Origin: an uncultured virus (IMG/VR IMGVR_UViG_3300020447_000004)
Lineage: Duplodnaviria > Heunggongvirae > Uroviricota > Caudoviricetes
IMG/VR virus record: IMGVR_UViG_3300020447_000004
Direction: 5' to 3' (one strand)
DNA: 64,000 nt
The translations under genes and the position numbers were made by a program. The notes below the pieces were generated by a model that did no database searches, was not told where the DNA came from, and worked only from the letters and a program-made list of their open reading frames with translations. Each line of letters opens with the position of its first letter. The first letter of the stretch is position 1. Below are positions 8,754 to 17,623 of this stretch, one piece after another.

Positions 8754-9524
8754 CTATCTGTAATTTGCGTGGATTTGGTGACTTATGTAAGGGCGCATAG
8801 CATTCCTACTCAACCTACCTTGTAGGAGCCGACACAGTCCATGCCAAAACCTACCCAGCTCTAACTGCCGAATGTCTTTTTGGAAGTAGATGGTGCGGTA
8901 AACAGACCCATCGGGCCAATATTCAATAACAGCGGGGCCTTCGGCCCGATGACAATTCCCGTTATGATAGTACTCCTCAGCCCAAACTGTTCCGTCGGGG
9001 TAATAAATGGTGAAAGCAGGGCCCCCTTCCCGGTGCAGATAACCGCATCGGTAGTATGACTCATGCCAGACCGAACCGTCTTCTCGATACACAACACGAG
9101 CAGGCCCCTCTACTCTGCCGCGACCTCCTACTGAGTAGTATTCCTCACTCTTCACAGACCCGTCAGGATGGTAGTAGATGAGTGCAGGACCTCCCTTTCG
9201 ATATCGAAACCCGTTATGATAGTACTTCTCAAGCCAAACCTTCCCGTCGTGGCGTTCAATGACAGCGGGACCCTCCTTTCTATGCAACACATCATTGAGG
9301 TAGTAGTACTCACTGGAGACATTCCCGTCAGGTAGGTATTCGATGTAAGCAGGGTCGGAGGCCCTGTGCTTCAAACCGTTTTGGTAGTATGTCTCATACC
9401 ACACAGACCCATCACGGCGATACTTAACTTCTGCGGGACTGTCCTCACGGTGTTTTGGGTCCCCTTCCCCGTAAGAGGCTTCCGAAACAAGTAGCCCCTC
9501 AACATGAGTCGATTTCATAGTCAT
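8754..9524 (-). CDS. HRxDGPA-repeat (MORN-variant/YwqK-like) protein
   Basis: About 7 repeats of YYxNGxxHRxxGPAxIxYxxDG. Confidence 0.8.
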   Translation of the reverse strand: MTMKSTHVEGLLVSEASYGEGDPKHREDSPAEVKYRRDGSVWYETYYQNGLKHRASDPAYIEYLPDGNVSSEYYYLNDVLHRKEGPAVIERHDGKVWLEKYYHNGFRYRKGGPALIYYHPDGSVKSEEYYSVGGRGRVEGPARVVYREDGSVWHESYYRCGYLHREGGPAFTIYYPDGTVWAEEYYHNGNCHRAEGPAVIEYWPDGSVYRTIYFQKDIRQLELGRFWHGLCRLLQGRLSRNAMRPYISHQIHANYR

Positions 9525-9551
9525 GTAACCTCCTACATGAATAGTTTGCAG

Positions 9552-9932
9552 TCAGAGAAATGCTATCTCAGGCAATGATTGGGTCGCGCATCTCCAAGGT
9601 CTGAACACAAACCCTTGGAGGCTATACCAAGTCTCCTGATACTGTTGCCCATCTATGTAACAGTAGTCACGTAAACGTGACCCATTTTCACGAAACTCGA
9701 TCCCAGCGGGACCTTCTTCTCTGTGTAGCTTTCCTTCTATGTAATACATCTCTGCGGCAACGATACCGTTTGGATGGTACCCGACATAGGCAGGACCATC
9801 CACTCTATGTCTTTGTCCGTGACAAAAATAAGACACACTGAACACGCTCCCGTCATCTCTATATCCTATAAGGGCAGGGCCTTGGTCGGAATGTAGCTGT
9901 CCACATTTATCTACCCACTTTTCATGATCCAT
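9552..9932 (-). CDS. HRxDGPA-repeat protein
   Basis: Three HSDQGPA/HRVDGPA/HREEGPA repeats. Confidence 0.78.
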   Translation of the reverse strand: MDHEKWVDKCGQLHSDQGPALIGYRDDGSVFSVSYFCHGQRHRVDGPAYVGYHPNGIVAAEMYYIEGKLHREEGPAGIEFRENGSRLRDYCYIDGQQYQETWYSLQGFVFRPWRCATQSLPEIAFL

Positions 9933-10044
9933 GAAAGCCTTCCTATTTATAGAGGGTCACATATCATTTGGCTTAAGGCGAGTATCATGCCACAGCTTCT
10001 GCCTCCATTCAAGAATGGAGGCAGAGTCTTTTGCGCAGAAGTAC

Positions 10045-10818
10045 CTACTGTGTAAAAGACAGCACCTTGCGGATGTACTTGAGGTCCTTCTTGGAAGCGC
10101 TACGCACCTTCCGGATGACATACCCGGACAGGTGAGGGCACCGATCGATACCTTTGGGCAGCTGAGCCTCCTTGAAGTTGTACTCGTAGATCCTGTAGCT
10201 GTAAGACCCGGCAGTGACCAAAGAGGACGACACGCAAACCTGCACATCCTGAGTCACCTTGAACCACAACCCGTCAGACTTCCGAAGCACGTAGAACTCG
10301 TTAGGGGATTTCTTGACGGGAATGGAAGTGATCTCGGGAGTGTAACTCTTCCGCTTCCGCTTACGGCTGTCCCGAGACAGCACACCCGTATCGGGATGCA
10401 CGTAGAACCAGTAGCCCGTGTAGGTCCCGTCTTCCTGGATCTCCGGGTGCTCGTCCACCACCCACTTCAAGTGGAGGCGGAGGTGTTCACCCATGACCGA
10501 ACGCATGTCGGTGTGAGCAGAGATTTCCGAGTAGACCGCATCCCACTGCTGACCCAACCGCTTCTCCAGGAAGCGGTAGATCGGGTTCAGACGGTCCCCA
10601 AAGTAGTTCCGCTCGTGACGGAGCCGGGCCTTCGGACGCATCGTCTTCCGGGGAGAGTTGTCCCAGGAATCCAACACGTCAGGGTAGCCATCCTCATCCT
10701 CTGCCATCAGGTGCGGCACAAGGTGAGTGTTCTGGCGGCGGTAAAACTTGATGTCCTCGTTCTTGCGGCGGTACACCCGCCCCGTGTCCACGATCACGTT
10801 CTGCATATCCGAACGCAT
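10045..10818 (-). CDS. hypothetical protein
   Basis: 257-aa basic ORF with AGGAG RBS. Confidence 0.7.
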   Translation of the reverse strand: MRSDMQNVIVDTGRVYRRKNEDIKFYRRQNTHLVPHLMAEDEDGYPDVLDSWDNSPRKTMRPKARLRHERNYFGDRLNPIYRFLEKRLGQQWDAVYSEISAHTDMRSVMGEHLRLHLKWVVDEHPEIQEDGTYTGYWFYVHPDTGVLSRDSRKRKRKSYTPEITSIPVKKSPNEFYVLRKSDGLWFKVTQDVQVCVSSSLVTAGSYSYRIYEYNFKEAQLPKGIDRCPHLSGYVIRKVRSASKKDLKYIRKVLSFTQ

Positions 10819-10905
10819 GATAGTCTCCTGCGAAAGTATGCCTGTGAATTCAGGCTATGATACTATTTCGCATGGGTGCCTCCAGTTTTTCGGGGTTCAG
10901 GTTAG

Positions 10906-10932
10906 GGACGTTTCTCACGTCCAAAAGTCAGA
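10906..10932 (-). promoter_or_regulatory. TCTGAC-N16-CGTC ECF-like phage promoter
   Basis: Motif copy (CGTCC variant) upstream of a GGAGG RBS. Confidence 0.7.
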
Positions 10933-10947
10933 GTCTCTTTCAGAAAG

Positions 10948-11037
10948 CTGAGACGGAGGGATTCGAACCCTCGGATACTGTTGACCAGTATCAACTGATT
11001 AGCAATCAGCCGCCTTAGACCGCTCGGCCACGTCTCA
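10948..11037 (-). tRNA. tRNA-Ser(GCU)
   Basis: GCTGA-TTGCTAA-TCAGT, long variable arm, G73. Confidence 0.93.
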
Positions 11038-11721
11038 TCAGGTAGCAAACCCACCATGGACACCTGTACAGATGAAATCCGTATCTCCGATGTTCCACCG
11101 ACCCGTAATGTGGTGGTGCCCAAAGTACCACCGCTTAGGGAGGTGCTCAGACAGCTTGACCACATTTTCCAGGTTCTTGGGGGTAGGGGAAGCCTTACGC
11201 GCAATCTTCTTTAGAGGCACCGACAGAGGTGCCTCGTGAGTGACCACGACTTCGGGACCGTGCTCCTCCAACGCAGCCATGAACCCCGTGAAATCTCCGT
11301 AGGTCGGTGTCTCTTCGGGCCACCAATCAAGTCCTGGAGTCCGCCGATGCCGATCAATACTCTCGGCACCCCCGAAGAAGAGGTGACGCACACCACCAAT
11401 CTCAATCACAGAGTTTCGCTCTGCAAAAAAGCATCCAGGGGCGATCTCATTGGTGTAGCCCGAAACAAGTCCTTGTAGAGGGACTGCGGGCCTCTGACGC
11501 CACAGAGGCCAGTTGTCGTGGTTTCCTCCACAGGTAATCCATGTCGGACCGTAGATGTCACGATTCTTGAACCACTCCACCACGTCACAATCAGGCACAA
11601 AGCCGACCCCAAAGTCTCCGACTTGGACGATCGTCGTGATGCCCATCTGTCGGGCCATGGTGTCCAGAGCCTTGAAATGCTTCAACCGACCGTGAAGATC
11701 GCCTGCGTAGATGATAGACAT
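11038..11721 (-). CDS. calcineurin-like metallophosphoesterase
   Basis: GDLHG, VGDFG, GNHD, THEAP, FGHHH motifs. Confidence 0.9.
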   Translation of the reverse strand: MSIIYAGDLHGRLKHFKALDTMARQMGITTIVQVGDFGVGFVPDCDVVEWFKNRDIYGPTWITCGGNHDNWPLWRQRPAVPLQGLVSGYTNEIAPGCFFAERNSVIEIGGVRHLFFGGAESIDRHRRTPGLDWWPEETPTYGDFTGFMAALEEHGPEVVVTHEAPLSVPLKKIARKASPTPKNLENVVKLSEHLPKRWYFGHHHITGRWNIGDTDFICTGVHGGFAT

Positions 11722-11723
11722 CG

Positions 11724-11927
11724 TTACTCCTCAGGTAGACGGACATCCATGTACCGATCCAGTACAATCAAATCGAAATTCTCCATAGAGACCGCCAGGA
11801 CTTTATGGGCTTTTACGCCTTCTGCAAGAGTAACCAAACTCTTGACACCTACTTCCTGAATACGCATGAAAACTTCACCTTCCCAAAGGAATCGAGTACC
11901 AAAGGGTAGGGTTCCAAGCTCTTGCAT
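11724..11927 (-). CDS. hypothetical protein
   Basis: GGAG RBS, downstream of promoter motif. Confidence 0.6.
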   Translation of the reverse strand: MQELGTLPFGTRFLWEGEVFMRIQEVGVKSLVTLAEGVKAHKVLAVSMENFDLIVLDRYMDVRLPEE

Positions 11928-11959
11928 GACAGACTCCGTTATTTGAGGGTTCGGGAAGT

Positions 11960-11986
11960 AGACGGACCCGGAAGCAAAAAGTCAGA
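11960..11986 (-). promoter_or_regulatory. TCTGAC-N16-CGTC ECF-like phage promoter
   Basis: Motif copy upstream of ATG 11927. Confidence 0.75.
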
Positions 11987-12001
11987 GTCTTTTTCAAAAA
12001 G

Positions 12002-12086
12002 AGGAGACGGCGGGATTCGAACCCGCGAGGGCTTTCACCCTACCTGATTTCCAGTCAGGTTCCTTCGACCTCTCGGACACGTCTCC
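12002..12086 (-). tRNA. tRNA-Ser(GGA)
   Basis: CCTGA-CTGGAAA-TCAGG, long variable arm. Confidence 0.93.
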
Positions 12087-12088
12087 AA

Positions 12089-12161
12089 TAGGAGGTGCCG
12101 GGCTCGAACCGGCGACCTGATCGGTGTAAACGACCCGCTCTCCCAACTGAGCTAACCTCCT
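12089..12161 (-). tRNA. tRNA-Val(UAC)
   Basis: GGTCG-TTTACAC-CGATC, full cloverleaf. Confidence 0.93.
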
Positions 12162-12321
12162 ATGGGGTGCCGTATGGTGCTGGGTTTAGCGGTACGACAA
12201 CTCGCCTTTTTCTTAAATAGTACTTCGGAGGTCTGTGAGCACCTACACAGACCTCAAACCCGAAGAGTGCACAATCCCCGTGCACTAAAGGGCCCACTTT
12301 ATATGGGGATGCAGTAAAGAG

Positions 12322-12394
12322 AGCGGGAGATGGGACTCGAACCCACAGCGTCCAGCTTGGAAGGCTGGCATTCTACCAATTGAATTACTCCCGC
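12322..12394 (-). tRNA. tRNA-Gly(UCC)
   Basis: GCGGGAG acceptor, CCAGC-CTTCCAA-GCTGG, U73. Confidence 0.95.
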
Positions 12395-12602
12395 AAATGC
12401 CATATGAAGTGGAGACGGTATGGCGCTCGTCTAATAATATCCCGATCCCCTGTCAGACCACAACTTTCCAACGGTGGGGACTGTCTGTACTGCTAACCCG
12501 AGCACAGGAGGGCCTCCACTCAGATGGGAGATAGGTACAGAGTTTAAATCTGTACCTACTCAGTCGGTCCATAACGAACCGCTCTACGAGACGAAAAAAG
12601 GA

Positions 12603-12704
12603 AGTCCGGGACGGGACTCGAACCCGCATCACGAATCACTGCTAACCAACTTGGCGCCTTCCGACTACCAGTGACCAATGGTTTTGCCATTAAACTACCC
12701 AGGC
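12603..12704 (-). ncRNA. tRNA-like RNA with enlarged anticodon arm
   Basis: Normal D arm (GTTT-AATGGCA-AAAC) and T arm (GCGGG-TTCGAGT-CCCGT), but about 50 nt with a TCACTG/CAGTGA stem in place of the anticodon arm. Confidence 0.65.
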
Positions 12705-12711
12705 TATGAAG

Positions 12712-12784
12712 TGGAAGATACGGGACTCAAACCAGTGACCCCCTGCCTGCAAAGCAGGTGCTCTCTCAACTGAGCTAATCCCTC
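12712..12784 (-). tRNA. tRNA-Ala(UGC), degenerate (possible pseudogene)
   Basis: CCTGC-TTTGCAG-GCAGG and G3:U70 are present; T-loop is TTTGAGT and the acceptor and T stems have mismatches. Confidence 0.7.
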
Positions 12785-12803
12785 TAATCAATCTGAAAAG
12801 AAG

Positions 12804-12885
12804 TGGGAGCAGGTGGATTCGAACCACCGTAGGCATAGCCAACTGGTTTACAGCCAGTCCCCTTTAACCACTCGGGCATACTCCC
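12804..12885 (-). tRNA. tRNA-Tyr(GUA)
   Basis: ACTGG-CTGTAAA-CCAGT, long variable arm, A73. Confidence 0.95.
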
Positions 12886-13013
12886 AGAAAATAGACAATC
12901 GCACCACAAACCACTATCAGAATCTGAACCCCGACCATACCAATGAGGACCCCCTCTCGATAGCCGGGATTTTCCAACTCTTCATCTGTCCCTAACCAGT
13001 TATTCCACATGCG

Positions 13014-13421
13014 TCAACGCCTTTCGGGGATCTCAACCATCCCCAGAGATTGTAGATATGCACGGAGCTTTGCAGGGGACATCCGAAACTCAAAGTGAGA
13101 GGGCATGTCACACGCACCCTTTAGATCGGGTGCCACATGCCGAAAGAAGTCACTGAAACAGTGTCGCTTGGCGTAGTATGCTGCTGGAGTAATCCAGGCA
13201 TATGCGCACTCGGGATAGACAGTGCGAGGAGGGCTCCACTCTTCGTCTTCAGGAGAGTAAACAGACATCTGCGTCTGGGTCATGCTTTCGTCATCGCCCA
13301 GTAGTGTGTCAATCATGACTCTCCGATACTCAGAAGGGATGCGACGCCACCCATGACCCGTTTCAATATCCCAGTCCAGCTGGAACACAAATCGACCCTC
13401 AAAGTCAGGTGGAGTATCCAT
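13014..13421 (-). CDS. hypothetical protein
   Basis: ATG 13421 with GGAGG RBS; the longer ORF call overlaps tRNA-Phe. Confidence 0.65.
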   Translation of the reverse strand: MDTPPDFEGRFVFQLDWDIETGHGWRRIPSEYRRVMIDTLLGDDESMTQTQMSVYSPEDEEWSPPRTVYPECAYAWITPAAYYAKRHCFSDFFRHVAPDLKGACDMPSHFEFRMSPAKLRAYLQSLGMVEIPERR

Positions 13422-13441
13422 GTGTACCTCCAATGAAAAAG

Positions 13442-13515
13442 TGGTCCGGGCAGGAATCGAACCTGCGACTTCACGGTGCTTCAAACCGTAGCTCTTCCAA
13501 CTGAGCTACCGGACC
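13442..13515 (-). tRNA. tRNA-Phe(GAA)
   Basis: ACGGT-TTGAAGC-ACCGT anticodon arm, full cloverleaf. Confidence 0.85.
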
Positions 13516-13593
13516 AAAAGTCATGCGTTGATTAAGTGGAAACGTGACAACAACGAAGAAACTGCACCACATCAACACATGACTCAGAAGGGG

Positions 13594-13917
13594 TTACTCT
13601 GCGAGTACCAGCTTGTAGCGCCGACCGTCGATCTCTCGGGTCTGACCCGTCAGGTCAGGTGCCTTGGTAGCTTCGTCGTACTCTGCCACCGAATCGTACA
13701 CCTGAGATTCTTCAACACGACGGACACAGAACTGGGCATATTTGTAGCGTGTGGGCGGGCCGCCCATCCCCGCATACCGGCGGTAGCGCTCAGACATCAC
13801 GAAACGAACTGCGCTATCTTCGTCATCAAACTTAATACCCGTGGACAAGGTACGACCCTTTCCCTCCATACCATCGCTGTTGTACATCACTTCGTAGTAG
13901 GCAGGTAGAGTCTTCAT
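13594..13917 (-). CDS. hypothetical protein
   Basis: AAGGAGG RBS. Confidence 0.7.
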   Translation of the reverse strand: MKTLPAYYEVMYNSDGMEGKGRTLSTGIKFDDEDSAVRFVMSERYRRYAGMGGPPTRYKYAQFCVRRVEESQVYDSVAEYDEATKAPDLTGQTREIDGRRYKLVLAE

Positions 13918-14098
13918 GATAGCCTCCTTTGTAGGGGAATGGTAAGAGAGTAGTACCTATGCGCTGCTACTGTAACTCCAATGCAGTCGAGCTGCAAGTA
14001 ACTACAGAGGGATTTCTACGTGCGCACTACCTCCGCAGAGGTCCGGGGCTCTCCGAGTCAGGGTACCAAACCTAACTCAGTCGTCCGAGGGTTGCTCT

Positions 14099-14587
14099 CT
14101 AACAGAGAGAATCTTGCTGGAGGATCGAAATCGTCACACGAGGACTGAACGATTCCAGCCGGCAGATAGGAGATCCTACCGGTAGAGCAATACGAATCGA
14201 CCCCACATTAGCGGTGTCCATCACCTCCTCAAAAGCTTCCTTCCAGGAGGCCCAAACACAGGGAGCAGAGAGATTCATCGCCTGATACTCCCGCAGCACT
14301 TGGTCTCGTTCATCCAGAGACAGGGCCCGGCCGATCCGGCGTTCGGGAGAGAGGTGAGGAATGCGACGATAGAAACGGTCCATCTCTCCGAGCATCCGCA
14401 GCACCGCAGGAGGCTGGAATGCCCTAGCCCGCACCGGCTTAATACCTGCAAGGTCTCGATTGACCTGACTCAGCTCCACAGGGTCCATCAGGAATCCGAT
14501 GAGGGTGGAGAGGACCAGAGCCAAAGAGTCTTCGGGATTTTCAGGACGAACCCCCACCGAAGGGGTCAGAACGAGAGTACGAGGCAT
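14099..14587 (-). CDS. hypothetical protein
   Basis: GGAG RBS, 162 aa. Confidence 0.6.
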   Translation of the reverse strand: MPRTLVLTPSVGVRPENPEDSLALVLSTLIGFLMDPVELSQVNRDLAGIKPVRARAFQPPAVLRMLGEMDRFYRRIPHLSPERRIGRALSLDERDQVLREYQAMNLSAPCVWASWKEAFEEVMDTANVGSIRIALPVGSPICRLESFSPRVTISILQQDSLC

Positions 14588-15067
14588 GAGTATTTCTCCA
14601 TATGTGTAGGGAAAGGAACAGGAGTGCCCAGCTACCCCGAACGCTTACGCGCCCGATATCAGGGGTGGTACGCACGGAGGCTATACCGAACCTGAAGGGT
14701 GGTTACCCACCTGTAAGATCTCGCAGCTCTCGCTACGGGGCTTATCCCTTTAGGCTATTATGTCCTAAAGGTCCACCCGGGTTCCTGTTATACGTCAGGG
14801 AGTGAAGGAGATAACTCCCTGACAATGTTGCTTCATGTTCGCAGTCTACTGTCACAGCCAAAATGACAGAGCACGGGGGCGAACGCAACGATCTCAGTAG
14901 ATGTCTTCATCTTCATTCGGGAAGAACACTTCCTGAATGAAGTGGAGGAGGTCCACTGCTACGTAGGCAAAGACCACAGCCACCGCAAGGATGATGAGAG
15001 TCTGGGGCATGTTGTCTACCGCCATGTTGAGGATTTTCATTTGAGGCTCCGTGTGTGGGCATATCCT

Positions 15068-15094
15068 TGACGAATCCGCCCACCAAAAGTCAGA
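15068..15094 (-). promoter_or_regulatory. TCTGAC-N16-CGTC ECF-like phage promoter
   Basis: Motif copy upstream of GGAG/ATG 15040 (small membrane ORF). Confidence 0.7.
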
Positions 15095-15392
15095 GATTAC
15101 TTCTCGATTTCCAGAGAAATCCGCGCCACTTCATCCCCACTCTTCCGAGACAGGACATAGTCCATGTCCGTAATCCGACGACAAACAAAAGCCAGAAGCG
15201 GGTTTTCGTGGTACGGAATACTTCCATAGGAGTCAACAGCCAGAATCAGCTGCTTCCCGAAGGGGGTAGTAGTCATGCGGTCCGAAGGGTTGCAGTACAT
15301 CGAGTGCTGACTAACTCCCGAAGCAGTCATGACATTCACGCGGTAGTTTCGATAGGTGTTCACCGTGACCTCCATGTTCGAGTATGTTCCAG

Positions 15393-15419
15393 AGACGGAT
15401 ACCGCTCCGGAAAGTCAGA
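15393..15419 (-). promoter_or_regulatory. TCTGAC-N16-CGTC ECF-like phage promoter
   Basis: Motif copy upstream of ORF 15097-15375. Confidence 0.7.
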
Positions 15420-15678
15420 GCATTTCGAATATTTCCATGTCGACTGCGCAGCGTGCGTCAAACTCAGCTACAGTGAGAGAGCGATGTTCATCCAGAAGGT
15501 GCTCCTGGTAGTCACACTTGGCGGCACACAACTCCACAGAAGTGGCCCATGAAGGACCAATATCCTCCCGCCGTGTTGCCAAAGCGTGGAGCTTCTTTAG
15601 CTCGCTCAGGTACATCCGCCCAAGGTGACGGGTGTGCTGATCGTATTCGGCTTGTGGCATGTGTACCTCCATGAAAAG

Positions 15679-16074
15679 TGGACCCTGCGGGGTTCGAACC
15701 CGCGTCCGGGACATTTTAACATCAACCAGTTACGTCGTCTGTCTCTATAACCTCAGAGACAAGGTGTCGCAAGTTCTTTCCTTGCACAGCAGGTCAGGTG
15801 GTTGAGTCAGTCCAGCTGACTCCCGCTATCAGTAGCATGTCAGAACCGCCCCATGCTAACAGACGGACATCTCTTTACACACACAGACAGGAACGATGAA
15901 ACCCTATCCGTGCACCCGGACTCACGAAGTTCCGGGACTACGATCACGCAGCGAGAGCTACCCGATCGTAGTGGGAAGTGTTGTTGGCACTTATCAAGTA
16001 TCTCGATTGAGAGCTGAGATCCAGCTCACGACGCCAGTTTCTATCTCCATGCCCCGTCAAATCCAGAGGGGCCC
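15679..16074 (-). ncRNA. ssrA: tmRNA; tag peptide (A)ANNTSHYDRVALAA* at 15988-15944
   Basis: 5' GGGCCCCTCTGGATTTGACGG; 3' GGACGCGGG-TTCGAAC-CCCGC-AGGGTCC-A with G3:U wobble; ATAAGT-GCC resume context; tag ends ALAA. Confidence 0.93.
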
Positions 16075-16156
16075 GTATTAGTCCCTTTAGTATTACGTAC
16101 ACTTAGGCTCTTATGACCCTATTCAAAGGGACGGTACCCGTTTGCACGGGAGAAAG

Positions 16157-16242
16157 CGCTACCGGTAGGATTCGAACCTACGACGAGGGATTACCCTGTC
16201 AGATTAACAGTCTGATGCCTTCGTCCACTCGGCCACAGTAGC
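16157..16242 (-). tRNA. tRNA with GUU (Asn) anticodon and long variable arm
   Basis: TCAGA-CTGTTAA-TCTGA; variable region CAGGGTAATCCCTCGTC; Ser-type D arm; G73. Confidence 0.88.
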
Positions 16243-16256
16243 ATATTTAAGGAGAC

Positions 16257-16814
16257 GTGATGAGACTAACATGTTGTTCTTGCGACACCACTTTTGAAAG
16301 GCGACAAAGAAATACGTCGGGTAATGTGTTTTGCTCCAGAAGCTGTGCAGCACGATACAATAACGTAAAGTTTCCCAAGAGGAAACTAACACGAATGTGT
16401 AAGATGTGCAAAACCTTGGTTAGATCGGAGGCCACTTACTGCTCGAAGTCGTGCCAAGAGTCGAGCCGCCTTCGCAAAAAACTCGCGAACATCTACCTTT
16501 GTAAGTGGCATCTATGTCAAAACTACTCCCATCTTTTGTTTTGTTCCACGCCATGTAAAAACAAGCACAATGTGTGCCTGAAGCGGGTACGATTCAAAAA
16601 GAAGGCAGTTGCATACAAAGGAGGGAAGTGCTTAAAATGTGGTTATTCTCGATGCAGTGCTGCATTTGACTTCCACCATAGAGACCCCACGCAAAAGGAT
16701 TTCCCTCTCACAAAAGGGGCATCTATGTCTTGGTCCAAAGCTCAACAGGAGTTAGATAAATGTGATCTTCTCTGCGCCACATGCCACAGGGAAGTCCATT
16801 ATATGGAAGAGTAG
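16257..16814 (+). CDS. HNH homing endonuclease with N-terminal zinc fingers
   Basis: FCSRSCAA repeats; YKGGKCLKCGY...FDFHHRDP...KCDLLCATCHREVH. Confidence 0.88.
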   Translation: MMRLTCCSCDTTFERRQRNTSGNVFCSRSCAARYNNVKFPKRKLTRMCKMCKTLVRSEATYCSKSCQESSRLRKKLANIYLCKWHLCQNYSHLLFCSTPCKNKHNVCLKRVRFKKKAVAYKGGKCLKCGYSRCSAAFDFHHRDPTQKDFPLTKGASMSWSKAQQELDKCDLLCATCHREVHYMEE

Positions 16815-16848
16815 ATGCCCGATCTTGAGTCGGGCATCTACTCTTCCA
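16804..16848. terminator. long perfect inverted repeat at convergent junction
   Basis: TGGAAGAGTAGATGCCCGA-TCTTGAG-TCGGGCATCTACTCTTCCA. Confidence 0.6.
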
Positions 16849-17311
16849 GTACGTAAGTAGACTTTCTCGGCTTGAATGTGTCTCAATCCTCACGACACGT
16901 TCCACCCAATGCGCGAGCATTATCACCTTTACTACGGTAGTCGACAAACCTTGGGGATTCAAAGACCAAGATTTGATATTAAATAGAAGTACATACTACT
17001 TGCGAAGGTAGCTGCTCACTAAAGTCTCCGTGGTATACACCTCGCTCGTTCGGACGCTCTCAATGAATCCTATTAGGTAGTCGACCTACATCACGTGGAT
17101 ATCTGCCCACTACCTAATAGGATCCTCCTCTAAGCTCCGACACACACCCGGCGCCAGATGTCTCTCTCACGAGTAGAGTTGAGAGAAGCTTACTGCTCTA
17201 CTCCGCGCAACACACGCCTGTTCTACAGACCCTCTATCTCCCTCACACGAGGGTCTTGAACAGTCCCTGTAGCTCTCTTGTAAGGGGAGTACGGAGCTAC
17301 AGGGTGAAAAA

Positions 17312-17464
17312 CTATCTCCATGTAGGAAGTGGGATTTGGTCCCGCAGGTAGTCTACCTGCCAGTTTTTATCGGAAAGGGTACTTTTTAGCCTCGTTATCT
17401 CACGCTCAAGTTGAGCGTTACGGGTTCTGAGCCTTTCGATCTCCTGTTTAAGGGAGTCATCCAT
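17312..17464 (-). CDS. small coiled-coil protein, 50 aa
   Basis: Manual translation MDDSLKQEIERLRTRNAQLEREITRLK...; perfect AGGAGGTGAT RBS. Confidence 0.65.
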   Translation of the reverse strand: MDDSLKQEIERLRTRNAQLEREITRLKSTLSDKNWQVDYLRDQIPLPTWR

Positions 17465-17623
17465 GTATCACCTCCTATACAGTATGTCAAGGACTTTCTG
17501 GGAATCGAACCCAGAATCATCTACACCAGTAGAGTCCATATAGAGACCCTGGAGTAAGGTCTCCCACCAGTTATTCGTGTTTCAAAGATGCGGGTTTTCA
17601 CCAGCTTAACACCATCTATACGA

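Noticed and set aside
9931..10860. 309-aa plus-strand ORF and similar long antisense ORFs (20550-21098, 58671-59528)
   Set aside because: They are antisense shadows of better-supported genes that have RBS, motifs and operon context.
16157..17305. Group I intron containing the HNH gene
   Set aside because: The neighbouring tRNA and tmRNA are uninterrupted, the HNH is antisense to them, and I could not identify P7 core or splice-site features.
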